From a virus (Duplodnaviria; Caudoviricetes): a stretch of 64,000 nt of DNA. The DNA lies in IMG/VR virus record IMGVR_UViG_3300042691_019112, positions 1,197 to 65,196 of that record, one strand, 5' to 3'. The notes beneath the pieces were generated by a model. That model saw only the letters and a program-made list of their open reading frames with translations. It was not told the DNA's origin and made no database searches. A program made the translations under genes and the position numbers. This document shows, one piece after another, positions 9,783 through 18,428 of this stretch (positions are counted from its first letter, which is position 1; each line of letters starts with the position of its first letter).

Positions 9783-9850
9783 AGGAGCTGTCGGTATGTT
9801 GTAGCGGTATAACCTTCGACTACGAAGGATGGATAACAATTGAATACTAA
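9596..9850 (+). CDS. small His/Cys-rich protein overlapping the previous ORF
   Basis: HVIPIND..H....C.C.P...H.S.DGRE motif. Confidence 0.6.
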   Translation: MQEEGRNNGGDAGIFRFHVIPINDTHKHIMSRNCECQPHVVIDEENAFICISHHSWDGREALEELSVCCSGITFDYEGWITIEY

Positions 9851-9866
9851 ACCCAAAACCAATAAT

Positions 9867-10052
9867 ATGAATACATTGAATGACACTTTGAGAGTGTTGG
9901 ACGCTATGTCTAAGGATGTGGCAAGTGCTTTACAAGGGAATCAGGCTGCCCGCCTTCGCTTTGGTAAGCATGAGAGAGAGTTAAGGGCTTTGTGTAAGGA
10001 GGTACACAAGCAGTCTAAGTTAATCGCCTCCGTAAAAAAGAAAACCAAGTAA
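9867..10052 (+). CDS. histone H1-like (Hc1-type) nucleoid protein
   Basis: GNQAARLR....ELRALCKEVHKQS resembles the GNKAA..RARK...EL....KE.RK.S motif. Confidence 0.55.
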   Translation: MNTLNDTLRVLDAMSKDVASALQGNQAARLRFGKHERELRALCKEVHKQSKLIASVKKKTK

Positions 10053-10065
10053 ACCCAATAAGACA

Positions 10066-10269
10066 ATGGAAAAGTTAGCAGCCCTTTTGGGCATGGCCAC
10101 CGCGTTAGGTGGTAATCAATCAGAAGTTGTAGCCCAAGACCCAATGCTTTATGAGGCAAGCAAGGCTTCGTTCCACGGAGTGCAGTTTTCGGGCGACCCA
10201 CGGAAAGCCGCACGTAACCACCACCGCAGAATGAAGGCATCCGGCAGACATAACTGGAGGAAGGCGTAA
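10066..10269 (+). CDS. hypothetical protein
   Basis: 67-aa ORF with basic C-terminus, coupled to the next gene. Confidence 0.55.
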   Translation: MEKLAALLGMATALGGNQSEVVAQDPMLYEASKASFHGVQFSGDPRKAARNHHRRMKASGRHNWRKA

Positions 10270-10517
10270 TGAAACTGGAAAACCTTGAGAGGGCGAAAGA
10301 GCTAGTTCTTACCCTTGTTGTTTGTGAGAATGTGCTGAAAGATGCCAAAGACAAAACCCTTGAATTAAAAAAAATGGAGCTTACATACGACAACGGTATT
10401 GATATTGTGCAGAATACGGTAAGAAACAAGCGCATTTTGAGCAAACTGCACGAGCTGTATGTGATTGAACTGGAGCACGAAATCGCTGAACTTAAAGCTG
10501 AACTTGAAACGCTGTAA
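10269..10517 (+). CDS. hypothetical protein
   Basis: MKLENLERAKEL...ELETL, coupled. Confidence 0.65.
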   Translation: MKLENLERAKELVLTLVVCENVLKDAKDKTLELKKMELTYDNGIDIVQNTVRNKRILSKLHELYVIELEHEIAELKAELETL

Positions 10518-10518
10518 C

Positions 10519-10881
10519 ATGGAAAAGAATTTCACAGAACTGCACGTAGGCGGAGTGTATTTGAGGAGGGATGGGAGGGTTGATTGGATTGATATTAAAG
10601 ACGATGGAAATCGTGATTATCCTTTCAAGCCTAAAGGAGGCTACACGTATTCACCAAACGGAATTTTTATAAAAAGTCAAGAACACGATTACGACCTCGT
10701 TCAACACCTATGCGACATCGAAGACCTCAAACGCCTTCCCGAAATCATGGCCGAAAATGAACGGCTGAAAGCGGAGATGCAGAAAAATGCAGCAGATGGG
10801 CAATCCTACATGGAAGAATGTCATAATGAAATTATCAAGCTGAAAGCGGAAATAGAGCAACTTAAAGCAGAAAAGCCATGA
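10519..10881 (+). CDS. protein with an N-terminal repeated domain and a coiled coil
   Basis: LHVGGVYLRRDG...YPF...DYDLVQ. Confidence 0.7.
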   Translation: MEKNFTELHVGGVYLRRDGRVDWIDIKDDGNRDYPFKPKGGYTYSPNGIFIKSQEHDYDLVQHLCDIEDLKRLPEIMAENERLKAEMQKNAADGQSYMEECHNEIIKLKAEIEQLKAEKP

Positions 10882-11030
10882 AATACGCTATTGCTTTTGT
10901 TCTATGTTACCTCTTTTTCGCTTTTATTTTATGGGAAGTAAACCCATCTAATTGGAGCGAACAAGCAAGAGTGGGTTGCGTAATGTCTTTTTTTACGCTC
11001 ATGCTTTTAATTGAACTTAAACCAAAATAA
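10878..11030 (+). CDS. small membrane protein (50 aa)
   Basis: Hand-translated MKYAIAFVLCYLFFAFILWEVNPSNWS...; coupled at both ends. Confidence 0.55.
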   Translation: MKYAIAFVLCYLFFAFILWEVNPSNWSEQARVGCVMSFFTLMLLIELKPK

Positions 11031-11281
11031 TGAACCGCCACGGCTCACAAGCGCACAAGCTACGTCACCTCATAACAAGGGGTGGCGTAGTATCCGCAGC
11101 ATCAGCCAAAGCCCTCGGAATACCCAACATCTGGGCGAGGCTCAAAGAAATCAAAGACACCGACATAGCCGTAGCTGTCGTCACCCAACACGACCGCAAA
11201 CCCATCAAGCTGTACGCAGCACCCAAAACCTTCGACAAACTAAACCTAACCCACAAGCCCTATGTTACAAGAAGTCGTTAG
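11030..11281 (+). CDS. putative winged-helix protein
   Basis: SQ..KLRHL..GGVVS...A..LGI....ARL.EIK pattern. Confidence 0.55.
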   Translation: MNRHGSQAHKLRHLITRGGVVSAASAKALGIPNIWARLKEIKDTDIAVAVVTQHDRKPIKLYAAPKTFDKLNLTHKPYVTRSR

Positions 11282-11298
11282 CATAGGCAACTCAAGCG

Positions 11299-11330
11299 AA
11301 AGCCTCCTACTTAGGGGGCTTTTTCTTTTT
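11299..11330. terminator. terminator between convergent operons
   Basis: AAAGCCTCCT-actt-AGGGGGCTTT plus T run. Confidence 0.65.
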
Positions 11331-11747
11331 GAACTTCTCCACAAAGCCGTTATACTTCGTAGCCTTCTCCCCATAAGGAATCTTATTGCTGTCAACACCG
11401 TTACGCAGCACTCCCGTATCCCCCATAGCCAACTGCTTCAAGCTATGTAACCCCTCCATCTTCTCCGACTTAACACCAAGCCTGATAACCTCAACATTAT
11501 GCGTATGGTTGATAGTCTGGTCTATCCTCTCCGACACAAGCAAGTTAACCCACGCCTGACCTCGCGTATCAATAAACAAATCCTTCTCCTCTAAGTCGTC
11601 CAAACAAACCCTGATAAGTATCTTATCAAAGGGAGCTACGCGCCTATTACCATACCCCACAAACTTGCGCACCACGCCATTACGGACGTACTGCTGCCTG
11701 TGCTGCCCATCCCTAAAGGCTTCCTGTCTCTCCTGCTCCTTGTCCAT
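11307..11747 (-). CDS. hypothetical protein, distantly like the 15413..15775 product
   Basis: VGYGN..V, IRVCLDDL, G..WVNL.V.E pattern. Confidence 0.55.
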   Translation of the reverse strand: MDKEQERQEAFRDGQHRQQYVRNGVVRKFVGYGNRRVAPFDKILIRVCLDDLEEKDLFIDTRGQAWVNLLVSERIDQTINHTHNVEVIRLGVKSEKMEGLHSLKQLAMGDTGVLRNGVDSNKIPYGEKATKYNGFVEKFKKKKPPK

Positions 11748-12189
11748 ATACTTCGTCTTGTTTACGCATGAATCTATTCTGCTTATACGTCCGCTTGAAC
11801 TTCTGGCCAAACTTCGTCTTAGCTGTAATAAAGTTTAAGTCCGCTTGAGCCTGTCCATCTATGAGTGTGAGCTTATCCAAAGTCACAACCTTGTTGATGT
11901 TATGAGCCAACACATACGTTTGTAGTATCTTCTGGCCATCCTTCTCCGCGTAGTAGCTTTCCAACTCCCCATATATAGTCACCATATCCCCTTCTTTTAT
12001 CGTCGTCTGTAACGCCTCTGCAACCACGTTGTAGGCTTTTACATTGAAGTCAACAGGGATATAGTCCAACCCTCCCTTACCATCCTTCACCGCCTTTAGC
12101 TGTCTTATAGTCCCCCAAAACATGAGGCCATATCGTATCTCTTTGGTACGCTTCGTTATCAGCGCACCAGTTATTACTAAGACATTCAT
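11713..12189 (-). CDS. ssb: single-stranded DNA-binding protein (OB fold)
   Basis: MNVLVITG.L...FNVKAY..VAE......KEGDMVTIYGEL....EKDGQK. Confidence 0.7.
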   Translation of the reverse strand: MNVLVITGALITKRTKEIRYGLMFWGTIRQLKAVKDGKGGLDYIPVDFNVKAYNVVAEALQTTIKEGDMVTIYGELESYYAEKDGQKILQTYVLAHNINKVVTLDKLTLIDGQAQADLNFITAKTKFGQKFKRTYKQNRFMRKQDEVYGQGAGETGSL

Positions 12190-12629
12190 TTGGCCTTCTT
12201 TAGTTTCTTGCGTGGAATGCCTTGTATCAGGTCGAGAACCAACCCTATATCGGTAGCCTTGCGAGGCATATAAAAGCAAGAGCCTGAGCGATGGGTGAGT
12301 AGGTAGTGCTTGAACAACCGGATACGGATAGACGCATCTTTGGTGAGCATACCTTTGGTTTCGATGTAGTGGCTGCCTATACGAAAGTCGTAGGTGTAGC
12401 TGATGCCATCGACGACGTGTTTAGATCCGCGCAAGGTCTTGCCAAACTCAAAGGACTGGAGTAACACTACTGTTTCGGGTTTCACCTCCACGGGAAGCCC
12501 TCGCAGGAGAGCTTGCTTGTAGAAGTCCGCTTCGAGGCCGCTATCGAACTCTATGCCGTTGTATATGACTTTCTTGGCGTTGGAGTGACTTTTGCCTTTG
12601 GCTTTGAATGTTTTGCGTTTAAATGGCAT
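12186..12629 (-). CDS. PD-(D/E)XK endonuclease (DUF1064 or resolvase-like)
   Basis: GIEFDSGLEA, YTYDF, IETKG. Confidence 0.75.
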   Translation of the reverse strand: MPFKRKTFKAKGKSHSNAKKVIYNGIEFDSGLEADFYKQALLRGLPVEVKPETVVLLQSFEFGKTLRGSKHVVDGISYTYDFRIGSHYIETKGMLTKDASIRIRLFKHYLLTHRSGSCFYMPRKATDIGLVLDLIQGIPRKKLKKAK

Positions 12630-12656
12630 ACCTTTGTCGTGTAAACAAAGATAGCG

Positions 12657-12920
12657 ATGGCAATTTTATTCGTTGACAATACAACTTTTGTGACTGTTGT
12701 AGAAGATAGCACCACCCCTGATACCCCTATTTACTCTTACCCTAAGAATGGCGTGACTATGAAGGTCGCCAACACTACCGATGGGTATATCCAGATTGTG
12801 AGTAACGACAACCGGATATGGGGTTTCAGAAGGAGTGAGCTTGCGGTGTCGCAGCAGGGAGCGGACTTGCTTGCTTGCGTTAATGGCTTGATGACGCTAA
12901 GCTGTACTTCGCAGGCATAA
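12657..12920 (+). CDS. hypothetical protein, isolated on the opposite strand
   Basis: 87-aa ORF with TACCTTTG promoter-like element at 12629. Confidence 0.6.
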   Translation: MAILFVDNTTFVTVVEDSTTPDTPIYSYPKNGVTMKVANTTDGYIQIVSNDNRIWGFRRSELAVSQQGADLLACVNGLMTLSCTSQA

Positions 12921-13001
12921 AAAGCCAAAGGGCTGACATTTCTGCCAACCCTTGGACGACGCAGGAGCCACAAGCACCCGCGACAAAGGTATGCTGTGCG
13001 C

Positions 13002-13319
13002 TTATAGCTTGGAGATTATTTGCTTATAAAGTTGTGGGTTTCCCACTTCCATATCTTCCACTCTTTTGAGAGAGTTTATAACTGTTGAATGGTCGCAGCC
13101 AAGGATTGAAGCGGTGATACTTTTGCTTTTTGTTCGATTAAAGAGGAAGCACCTTAGCACGTGCTTTGCTTGTGATATGGGTGTATGCCTCGACTTGCTT
13201 AATACCTCTTCGGGTGTTAGATGGGAGAAATGAGGTATAGAAAGCACCTTCCATATTGCTTGGTTGAGTATGCTTTCGTTTGATTCTACGTTTAATCCAG
13301 GGTAGCTGTAAGGTGTCAT
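13002..13319 (-). CDS. DnaA C-terminal-like HTH protein
   Basis: SKSRHTPISQAKHV...LGCDHSTVINSLKRVE. Confidence 0.75.
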   Translation of the reverse strand: MTPYSYPGLNVESNESILNQAIWKVLSIPHFSHLTPEEVLSKSRHTPISQAKHVLRCFLFNRTKSKSITASILGCDHSTVINSLKRVEDMEVGNPQLYKQIISKL

Positions 13320-13699
13320 GGCCTAATGTCTAAGTTATCGTGAATGCGTGTGACGCTTTTTATGTAGTCACGAGGTATCCACCTACTTGAGGTGACATGG
13401 TAAGAATCATTGAACAAGTAGCATTCGTGTACCGTTTCCTGCCCGTTATGTAAACAGGTTACGCGGTACTGGTTCTTGGGGTTGAATCTTGCGTAAAAGT
13501 GCCGACATTGCTCATTTTCGAGGGTAAAACCGTGGCATTTCTGCACGTGTTCAAAGAACTGCTTTCGCTCATTTTCGGTCATGGCGTGGTAATGCTCATC
13601 TGAAAAGCTATCGAAGCAAGCAGAACGGGCTATCGGGCGAGGTGGTATAACCGCTTCGGCCAACCACATTAGGTCGAAAAAGTCTATTTTGAAGCTCAT
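13316..13699 (-). CDS. hypothetical protein
   Basis: 127-aa ORF, ATGA-coupled. Confidence 0.7.
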   Translation of the reverse strand: MSFKIDFFDLMWLAEAVIPPRPIARSACFDSFSDEHYHAMTENERKQFFEHVQKCHGFTLENEQCRHFYARFNPKNQYRVTCLHNGQETVHECYLFNDSYHVTSSRWIPRDYIKSVTRIHDNLDIRP

Positions 13700-14304
13700 A
13701 ACTCTATTGTTTTACATTCCGTAACAGGGTAAAAAATCGGCATGATAACCAAAGTATAAACCCCGCACTTGAAAATAGTCTGTCTTGTATCTACAGGCAA
13801 ATACACAAGGGTTGCTTTTTCGCCTACAAACTCCTCAAGGTCTTTAAGTTTAAGAAAGTACTTTGAATTAAAAAACAGGCCATTGTATTTAACATTAAAC
13901 AACTTAGGTACTTTTTTTTCCGTTCGCTTTTCAAAACTTCCATCGCCTTTACAAATAGGACATTTGTCTTCTATTCCGTAAATTCTTTGCGTTTTAGTTG
14001 AAAAATACTCATATTCAACTTGGCCGAAGCCGTCGCATTCATCGCACTCTTCATCTATAACCTCGTCAACAAGTGGAATACTATCCAACTTTAACCAGTC
14101 GATATTTGTAGGCTCATTGCAGCTTGTTTCGAGAATGATGGAAGCGTGACTTTCCTTTCCCTCTAGAGCTTGGATGTTAACATCTTCGTTTTTAGCGGCT
14201 ATTAAAACATAGGCATCGGTGGCGTATGTGTAACCGTTGGCCGTTAGCGGTGTTTCAAAAAAGCATACACCGCAAAATGATTGAAAAAACTCTTGTTGTG
14301 TCAT
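13696..14304 (-). CDS. protein with a CxxCxGxG zinc finger
   Basis: CDECDGFG and CPICKGDG; YATD motif near the N-terminus. Confidence 0.7.
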   Translation of the reverse strand: MTQQEFFQSFCGVCFFETPLTANGYTYATDAYVLIAAKNEDVNIQALEGKESHASIILETSCNEPTNIDWLKLDSIPLVDEVIDEECDECDGFGQVEYEYFSTKTQRIYGIEDKCPICKGDGSFEKRTEKKVPKLFNVKYNGLFFNSKYFLKLKDLEEFVGEKATLVYLPVDTRQTIFKCGVYTLVIMPIFYPVTECKTIEL

Positions 14305-14314
14305 TGGTATTGGA

Positions 14315-14803
14315 TTATAACGTAAACTCCTCTTGGTTGTGTTTTAGTATCGCTGCCCATGCGTCTAAGCCTTCGCGTTTAAATGCCCAGCCCAGCTTCT
14401 TGAGTAGGCTTCCGGAGCTTTCTACAAGATCTTTAAGAATCTTTAGTTCATGTTTGTAGAAGGGAACCTTGGTTCTGATGAGGTCGGACGCTGCTTCGTT
14501 AACTGCATTCAGGTAGATACACATCATTACATAATACTTGGTATCGTATGTAAATAGCGGCTCGGATTGTTCGACAAGCTGCTCGGATATTTCAAGTTGT
14601 AAATCGGCCACAAGGTTAAAATTCATCTCGGGGTGGAATTTTTCCACCTCGTATTTGTAAGCCCTCATAGCCTTGAATACCTTATCGGCTAAGGGGTGCT
14701 GTCTGTGATGCCGAGCGTCTTCCGCGTACACCATGCAGGAATAGGCCACAAGGTGAAGCGTCGCGTAACGCGGAATGATTATAGGAGTGATTGTGTCTTG
14801 CAT
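14315..14803 (-). CDS. hypothetical protein
   Basis: 162-aa ORF in operon. Confidence 0.65.
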   Translation of the reverse strand: MQDTITPIIIPRYATLHLVAYSCMVYAEDARHHRQHPLADKVFKAMRAYKYEVEKFHPEMNFNLVADLQLEISEQLVEQSEPLFTYDTKYYVMMCIYLNAVNEAASDLIRTKVPFYKHELKILKDLVESSGSLLKKLGWAFKREGLDAWAAILKHNQEEFTL

Positions 14804-14820
14804 TGGATTGTGTGTTTGGG

Positions 14821-14969
14821 GTTACCTGCCATGCAAAAGACGCTGACAAAACTTACACGTTACCTTGTCCTTATTGCCAGTATGTGCTACATCGGTGGCG
14901 AAATATCTATTGCAATTAACACGTTCACCGCCCCATTCGCCATAAGGCGCGTAATGCACGGCAGGTAAC
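14821..14969 (-). mobile_element. integron-like gene cassette A, copy 2
   Basis: 149 bp with the same GTT...AAC ends as 282..430. Confidence 0.7.
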
Positions 14970-15037
14970 ACTGTATTGCCGTCAATAGCGCTTTGGATAG
15001 ATTGGCCGTTTTCTTGGTTTGTTAATTTGTCTGTCAT
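14822..15037 (-). CDS. small putative zinc-binding protein (copy 2)
   Basis: Same core as 247..429 with a different N-terminus. Confidence 0.8.
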   Translation of the reverse strand: MTDKLTNQENGQSIQSAIDGNTVLPAVHYAPYGEWGGERVNCNRYFATDVAHTGNKDKVTCKFCQRLLHGR

Positions 15038-15094
15038 CGTATTGTGTTTAGTTGTGTGTTTTGGGGTTGGCGGTCAGGCTAAAAGACACCCCTG

Positions 15095-15331
15095 TTAATC
15101 TTCATATTTGGTAATTTGAACATCTAAAAATTCATCATCACTTTCGAGAACATCCATAAAATTTAAGTAGCCTTCAATAACTGAATATTGTTCTCTTTCT
15201 CTTCTTTCCTGGACATCTTCAAAATTCAAATCTTTGATTTTCTCGTAATCGCTTTCGTCCATTTCAACGCTTTGTTCAAAGTGCATTACTTGTTTACACT
15301 TAATGGTAACTGATACTTTTTTTTCTGACAT
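15095..15331 (-). CDS. hypothetical acidic protein
   Basis: 78-aa AT-rich ORF followed by GCCTGACCGCCAAC (cassette-like 3' end). Confidence 0.65.
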   Translation of the reverse strand: MSEKKVSVTIKCKQVMHFEQSVEMDESDYEKIKDLNFEDVQERREREQYSVIEGYLNFMDVLESDDEFLDVQITKYED

Positions 15332-15412
15332 TTTTTTAGGGTTTGCTTTTACGCCCCAAACCCCGCATTTGTTTCAGTGCGGGGCGGTTTAATCCCATCG
15401 ATTTCGATGGAA

Positions 15413-15775
15413 TTAGAAGGGCAGGTCGTCGTCTTGCGGTGCGCCTACCTGCTCCTGTATCCTACCATCGGGCTTCGCATTCAAGCTGCCGCGTCGTTGG
15501 TAGCCCTGCTGCTGTGGCTGCCCCTCGCCAGTGGGCTTCCACGTGTCAACAGTGATAGACACATCGTTGCCGTATTGGTCAGGCTCTTGCAAGTCGTTGA
15601 TAACGATATTCAGGATTTGCTTTCCCGACTGTAACGTCTTGATAAACGCCTCTACGTCCGCCTCTGCGATACGCGAAAGGTTCAAGCCTACCTTGCGGAA
15701 CATGATAGCTCCGTCATTTTTTCTGCGTACAATCTTGCCGTTGCCGACATAGATTTTCTTCTGCTGTTCGCTCAT
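15413..15775 (-). CDS. SSB-like protein with acidic DDLPF tail
   Basis: KIYVGNGK...DQYGNDVSITVDTWKP...QDDDLPF. Confidence 0.65.
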   Translation of the reverse strand: MSEQQKKIYVGNGKIVRRKNDGAIMFRKVGLNLSRIAEADVEAFIKTLQSGKQILNIVINDLQEPDQYGNDVSITVDTWKPTGEGQPQQQGYQRRGSLNAKPDGRIQEQVGAPQDDDLPF

Positions 15776-15778
15776 GGG

Positions 15779-16030
15779 TTATTGGTATTTGGTTTTGATG
15801 TAGTCAATGAATTGGGTTCTCGCCTCTGTTATGAACTGCGATAGTTCGCGTAGGCATCTTACGTGTTCGTCGGGGTTCTCTCGTAGGTCGTATGGCATGA
15901 GGTACTTACCGCCATCGAATGTAAAGATAAGGGTTGAGCCATCTTGGGTTGCCTTGAATACGTTAACCACGCGCTCGTCTTCTACCCACTCCATGCGGTA
16001 CACGAATTGGCTCTTGGGGATTACTTGCAT
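15779..16030 (-). CDS. hypothetical protein
   Basis: Likely start MQVIP overlapping the upstream stop. Confidence 0.55.
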   Translation of the reverse strand: MQVIPKSQFVYRMEWVEDERVVNVFKATQDGSTLIFTFDGGKYLMPYDLRENPDEHVRCLRELSQFITEARTQFIDYIKTKYQ

Positions 16031-16287
16031 ACTTCTTCGATTAAATCCCACTCGTCTGTTCGCCAAGAATAAAGCTCACCTAAACAGGTGTAATTAATAT
16101 GATTATCCAAGTCTTTGTACTTGTAAGAATCGCCATCTTTCGCAACTATCTCGCCCGAAATCTTACCATCCCGACGACGGTATCGCTTACCCGCCTCAAT
16201 GAGGATTTTTTTCTCGCCTGTTAGCCTGTTATACAGGTCAACAAGCTGTTGCGCTTGGTCTTTATCGACCGAAAAGTTTAGTATCAT
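16021..16287 (-). CDS. protein with the repeated domain
   Basis: IEAGKRYRRRDG...WDLIEEV. Confidence 0.7.
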   Translation of the reverse strand: MILNFSVDKDQAQQLVDLYNRLTGEKKILIEAGKRYRRRDGKISGEIVAKDGDSYKYKDLDNHINYTCLGELYSWRTDEWDLIEEVCK

Positions 16288-16366
16288 ATAGCTTAGTTTG
16301 CTTTCACAAACCTAACAACCTCATTTGTATCCATTTGCTAAACTATGTTAATCGTTAACTTTGGTC

Positions 16367-16567
16367 ATGTTTACCAAACTATGGAAGCGGTACACCGCAC
16401 CAACACCCCTCTTTTGGCAGCGCGTTATCATCGTCGCTAAAGCTGTTGTAGGCATCATCGTAGCTAACGAAATGCTATCAGATAACACCTTCTCAACGCA
16501 GGAACTCATGGCGATAGCTGGCGTTGTCATCGTCGAACTCTCTCAATTTACAACACCCAAACAATGA
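16367..16567 (+). CDS. putative holin
   Basis: APTP.FW motif, two hydrophobic segments, SQFT end; directly upstream of the amidase. Confidence 0.7.
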   Translation: MFTKLWKRYTAPTPLFWQRVIIVAKAVVGIIVANEMLSDNTFSTQELMAIAGVVIVELSQFTTPKQ

Positions 16568-17124
16568 AAAGAACCGTTTACCTTTCAGCAGGTCACTCCA
16601 ATGAGATAGGCCGTGACCGTGGTGCAGCAGCCACACATTCGGGCGTAATGTATATAGAAGGCAATGAAGCTGTACGTATGCGTGACCGCATATCCGCAAG
16701 CCTACGACAAGCAGGAATAACCGTCGTCACCGACGAAAACAGAAACATCTTAGCAGAAACAATCCGCTTCTTTCGCAACAAGACCACCTCTCGATGTATC
16801 GTCGTTGACATACACTTCAATGCAGCATCACCCACCGCTAACGGTACAGAAGTACTTGTGCCGGAAGTGCCTACCACCAAGGAAAGAGGTATCGCCACCG
16901 ACATCTGCAATGGTATTGTAGCTATCGGATTCAGGAATAGAGGCGTAAAGACGGAGTTGCAATCGCACCACGGAAGGCTCGGATGGATGAGGCTTACTGG
17001 AGAGAATGTGCTTATCGAAACGTGCTTTATCTCGAATAAAGACGATATGGATAGATATGTTAGGCACTTCAATCAGGTATGCGACGCTATCAGTTCGGCC
17101 TTGATTAAACACGCGACCTCATGA
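16564..17124 (+). CDS. N-acetylmuramoyl-L-alanine amidase (Amidase_3) endolysin
   Basis: LSAGH, E, DIHFNA, GTEV, VLIETCFISN. Confidence 0.9.
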   Translation: MKRTVYLSAGHSNEIGRDRGAAATHSGVMYIEGNEAVRMRDRISASLRQAGITVVTDENRNILAETIRFFRNKTTSRCIVVDIHFNAASPTANGTEVLVPEVPTTKERGIATDICNGIVAIGFRNRGVKTELQSHHGRLGWMRLTGENVLIETCFISNKDDMDRYVRHFNQVCDAISSALIKHATS

Positions 17125-17645
17125 ATGAAAGTCCGTTCCGATGGCAGGTTAGTACCTTCGTCCTCGCGGTCGTGGCAGGAGTTCTCTTGGTAGGGCTTCT
17201 GCATCAATGCGGACAGAAGCAGGATGCCGTTATCGTTTACGATAGGTCGCACGCTATGAAAGCCGATAGCCTTATGCAGGAAGCGGATAGCGTTAAGAAG
17301 GTCGTGGATAGCCTTATGTCACGTGTTACACCCACGCCTAAGATTGTGGATCGGTGGAAGGAGGTGAAGAGTATTGTTACCTCCGAGGTGTGTAGCGTCG
17401 TGTATGAGCCTGTGGTGGCTTTTGGCGATAGCTTGGTTGCGGAGATAGTGAAGAGGGATAGCGTTGTTGATGGATTGATAGCGGAGAGGGGCTTGCTTCG
17501 AGGTGCTGTTGACCAGATGCGGTTGCAGAGGAGTGTGGATAGTACGGCTCTTGATAGCTTGGGTAGGGATACAAGGCGGCTTAGGCGGTGGAATAAAGTG
17601 TGGAAGGCTGTTGCTGTTGTGGGGCTGCTTGTGCCTGTGCCATAA
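17121..17645 (+). CDS. putative spanin or lysis accessory protein
   Basis: N-terminal membrane helix with Cys, coiled coil, C-terminal hydrophobic end; follows the endolysin. Confidence 0.55.
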   Translation: MNESPFRWQVSTFVLAVVAGVLLVGLLHQCGQKQDAVIVYDRSHAMKADSLMQEADSVKKVVDSLMSRVTPTPKIVDRWKEVKSIVTSEVCSVVYEPVVAFGDSLVAEIVKRDSVVDGLIAERGLLRGAVDQMRLQRSVDSTALDSLGRDTRRLRRWNKVWKAVAVVGLLVPVP

Positions 17646-17673
17646 AAAAAGCCCAGCGGTTAACTGGGCTTTG
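17644..17673. terminator. terminator between convergent genes
   Basis: AAAAAAAGCCCAG-cggttaa-CTGGGCTTT. Confidence 0.7.
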
Positions 17674-17676
17674 GCG

Positions 17677-18354
17677 TTATTCTACCTCTTTGATTAGGTC
17701 AAATGGGTGGTTTGAATGGCCTTTTTTATCCCATTGTCCGTTTTCTTTCCATGTAAAATATCCACATCTAAATGGGTGGGTTTTTATATGTTGGCCATCA
17801 TTTTCAACTAATGGCCCATGTATTACACCACTCCTCGATTTATACTTCTTTCCATACTCAAGCCTAAAGGGTTTAGGTTTGGGTTCGATATACTCTTCGA
17901 TTAGGTCGTAATTGTGAGGCTTATATTCAAAAAGAAAAGTGCCATCAGATGCCCACGTCTTGGACCCGTCTGTAAATGGGTAATTTTCCGAATCGCTTTG
18001 TATTAACGGCTTGGTTATCTCACCATCGCGCCTTTTGTAGCATTTTCCCACCTCAAGCCTAAAGGGTTTAGGCTCTTCTTCTTTAGTCGCTTCGGCTTGC
18101 GGCTCGGCAGGAACCTTTATTGGGTCAGGGTCTTTCAGGAAGGCTAAGTAGAAAGTAAGGCACTCTCTCTTGATGTCAAAAGCATCATTCAGAATGTCAT
18201 GCTTTGCAGCAAACTCGCACACCTCTTTAATACCCACCTTGTTAGGCTTTTCGTCTATGGCGATAGCCATGTCGTAGAGGAATGCGGATAGCTGTGGCGT
18301 TAGCTGGAATCCTGCGAGGCGTTGAGCCATCAGGAAAAGGTCGTAGTTGGTCAT
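17677..18354 (-). CDS. protein with two tandem copies of the repeated domain
   Basis: Start MTNYD; PKPFRLE(V/Y)GK...DLI(E/K)E twice. Confidence 0.75.
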   Translation of the reverse strand: MTNYDLFLMAQRLAGFQLTPQLSAFLYDMAIAIDEKPNKVGIKEVCEFAAKHDILNDAFDIKRECLTFYLAFLKDPDPIKVPAEPQAEATKEEEPKPFRLEVGKCYKRRDGEITKPLIQSDSENYPFTDGSKTWASDGTFLFEYKPHNYDLIEEYIEPKPKPFRLEYGKKYKSRSGVIHGPLVENDGQHIKTHPFRCGYFTWKENGQWDKKGHSNHPFDLIKEVE

Positions 18355-18428
18355 AACTGTTTTGCTTTTACCACCAAACCCCTCCGAAGAGGGGCAAGGC
18401 AGTCGCAAAATCAGAAGCCACACGGCTG

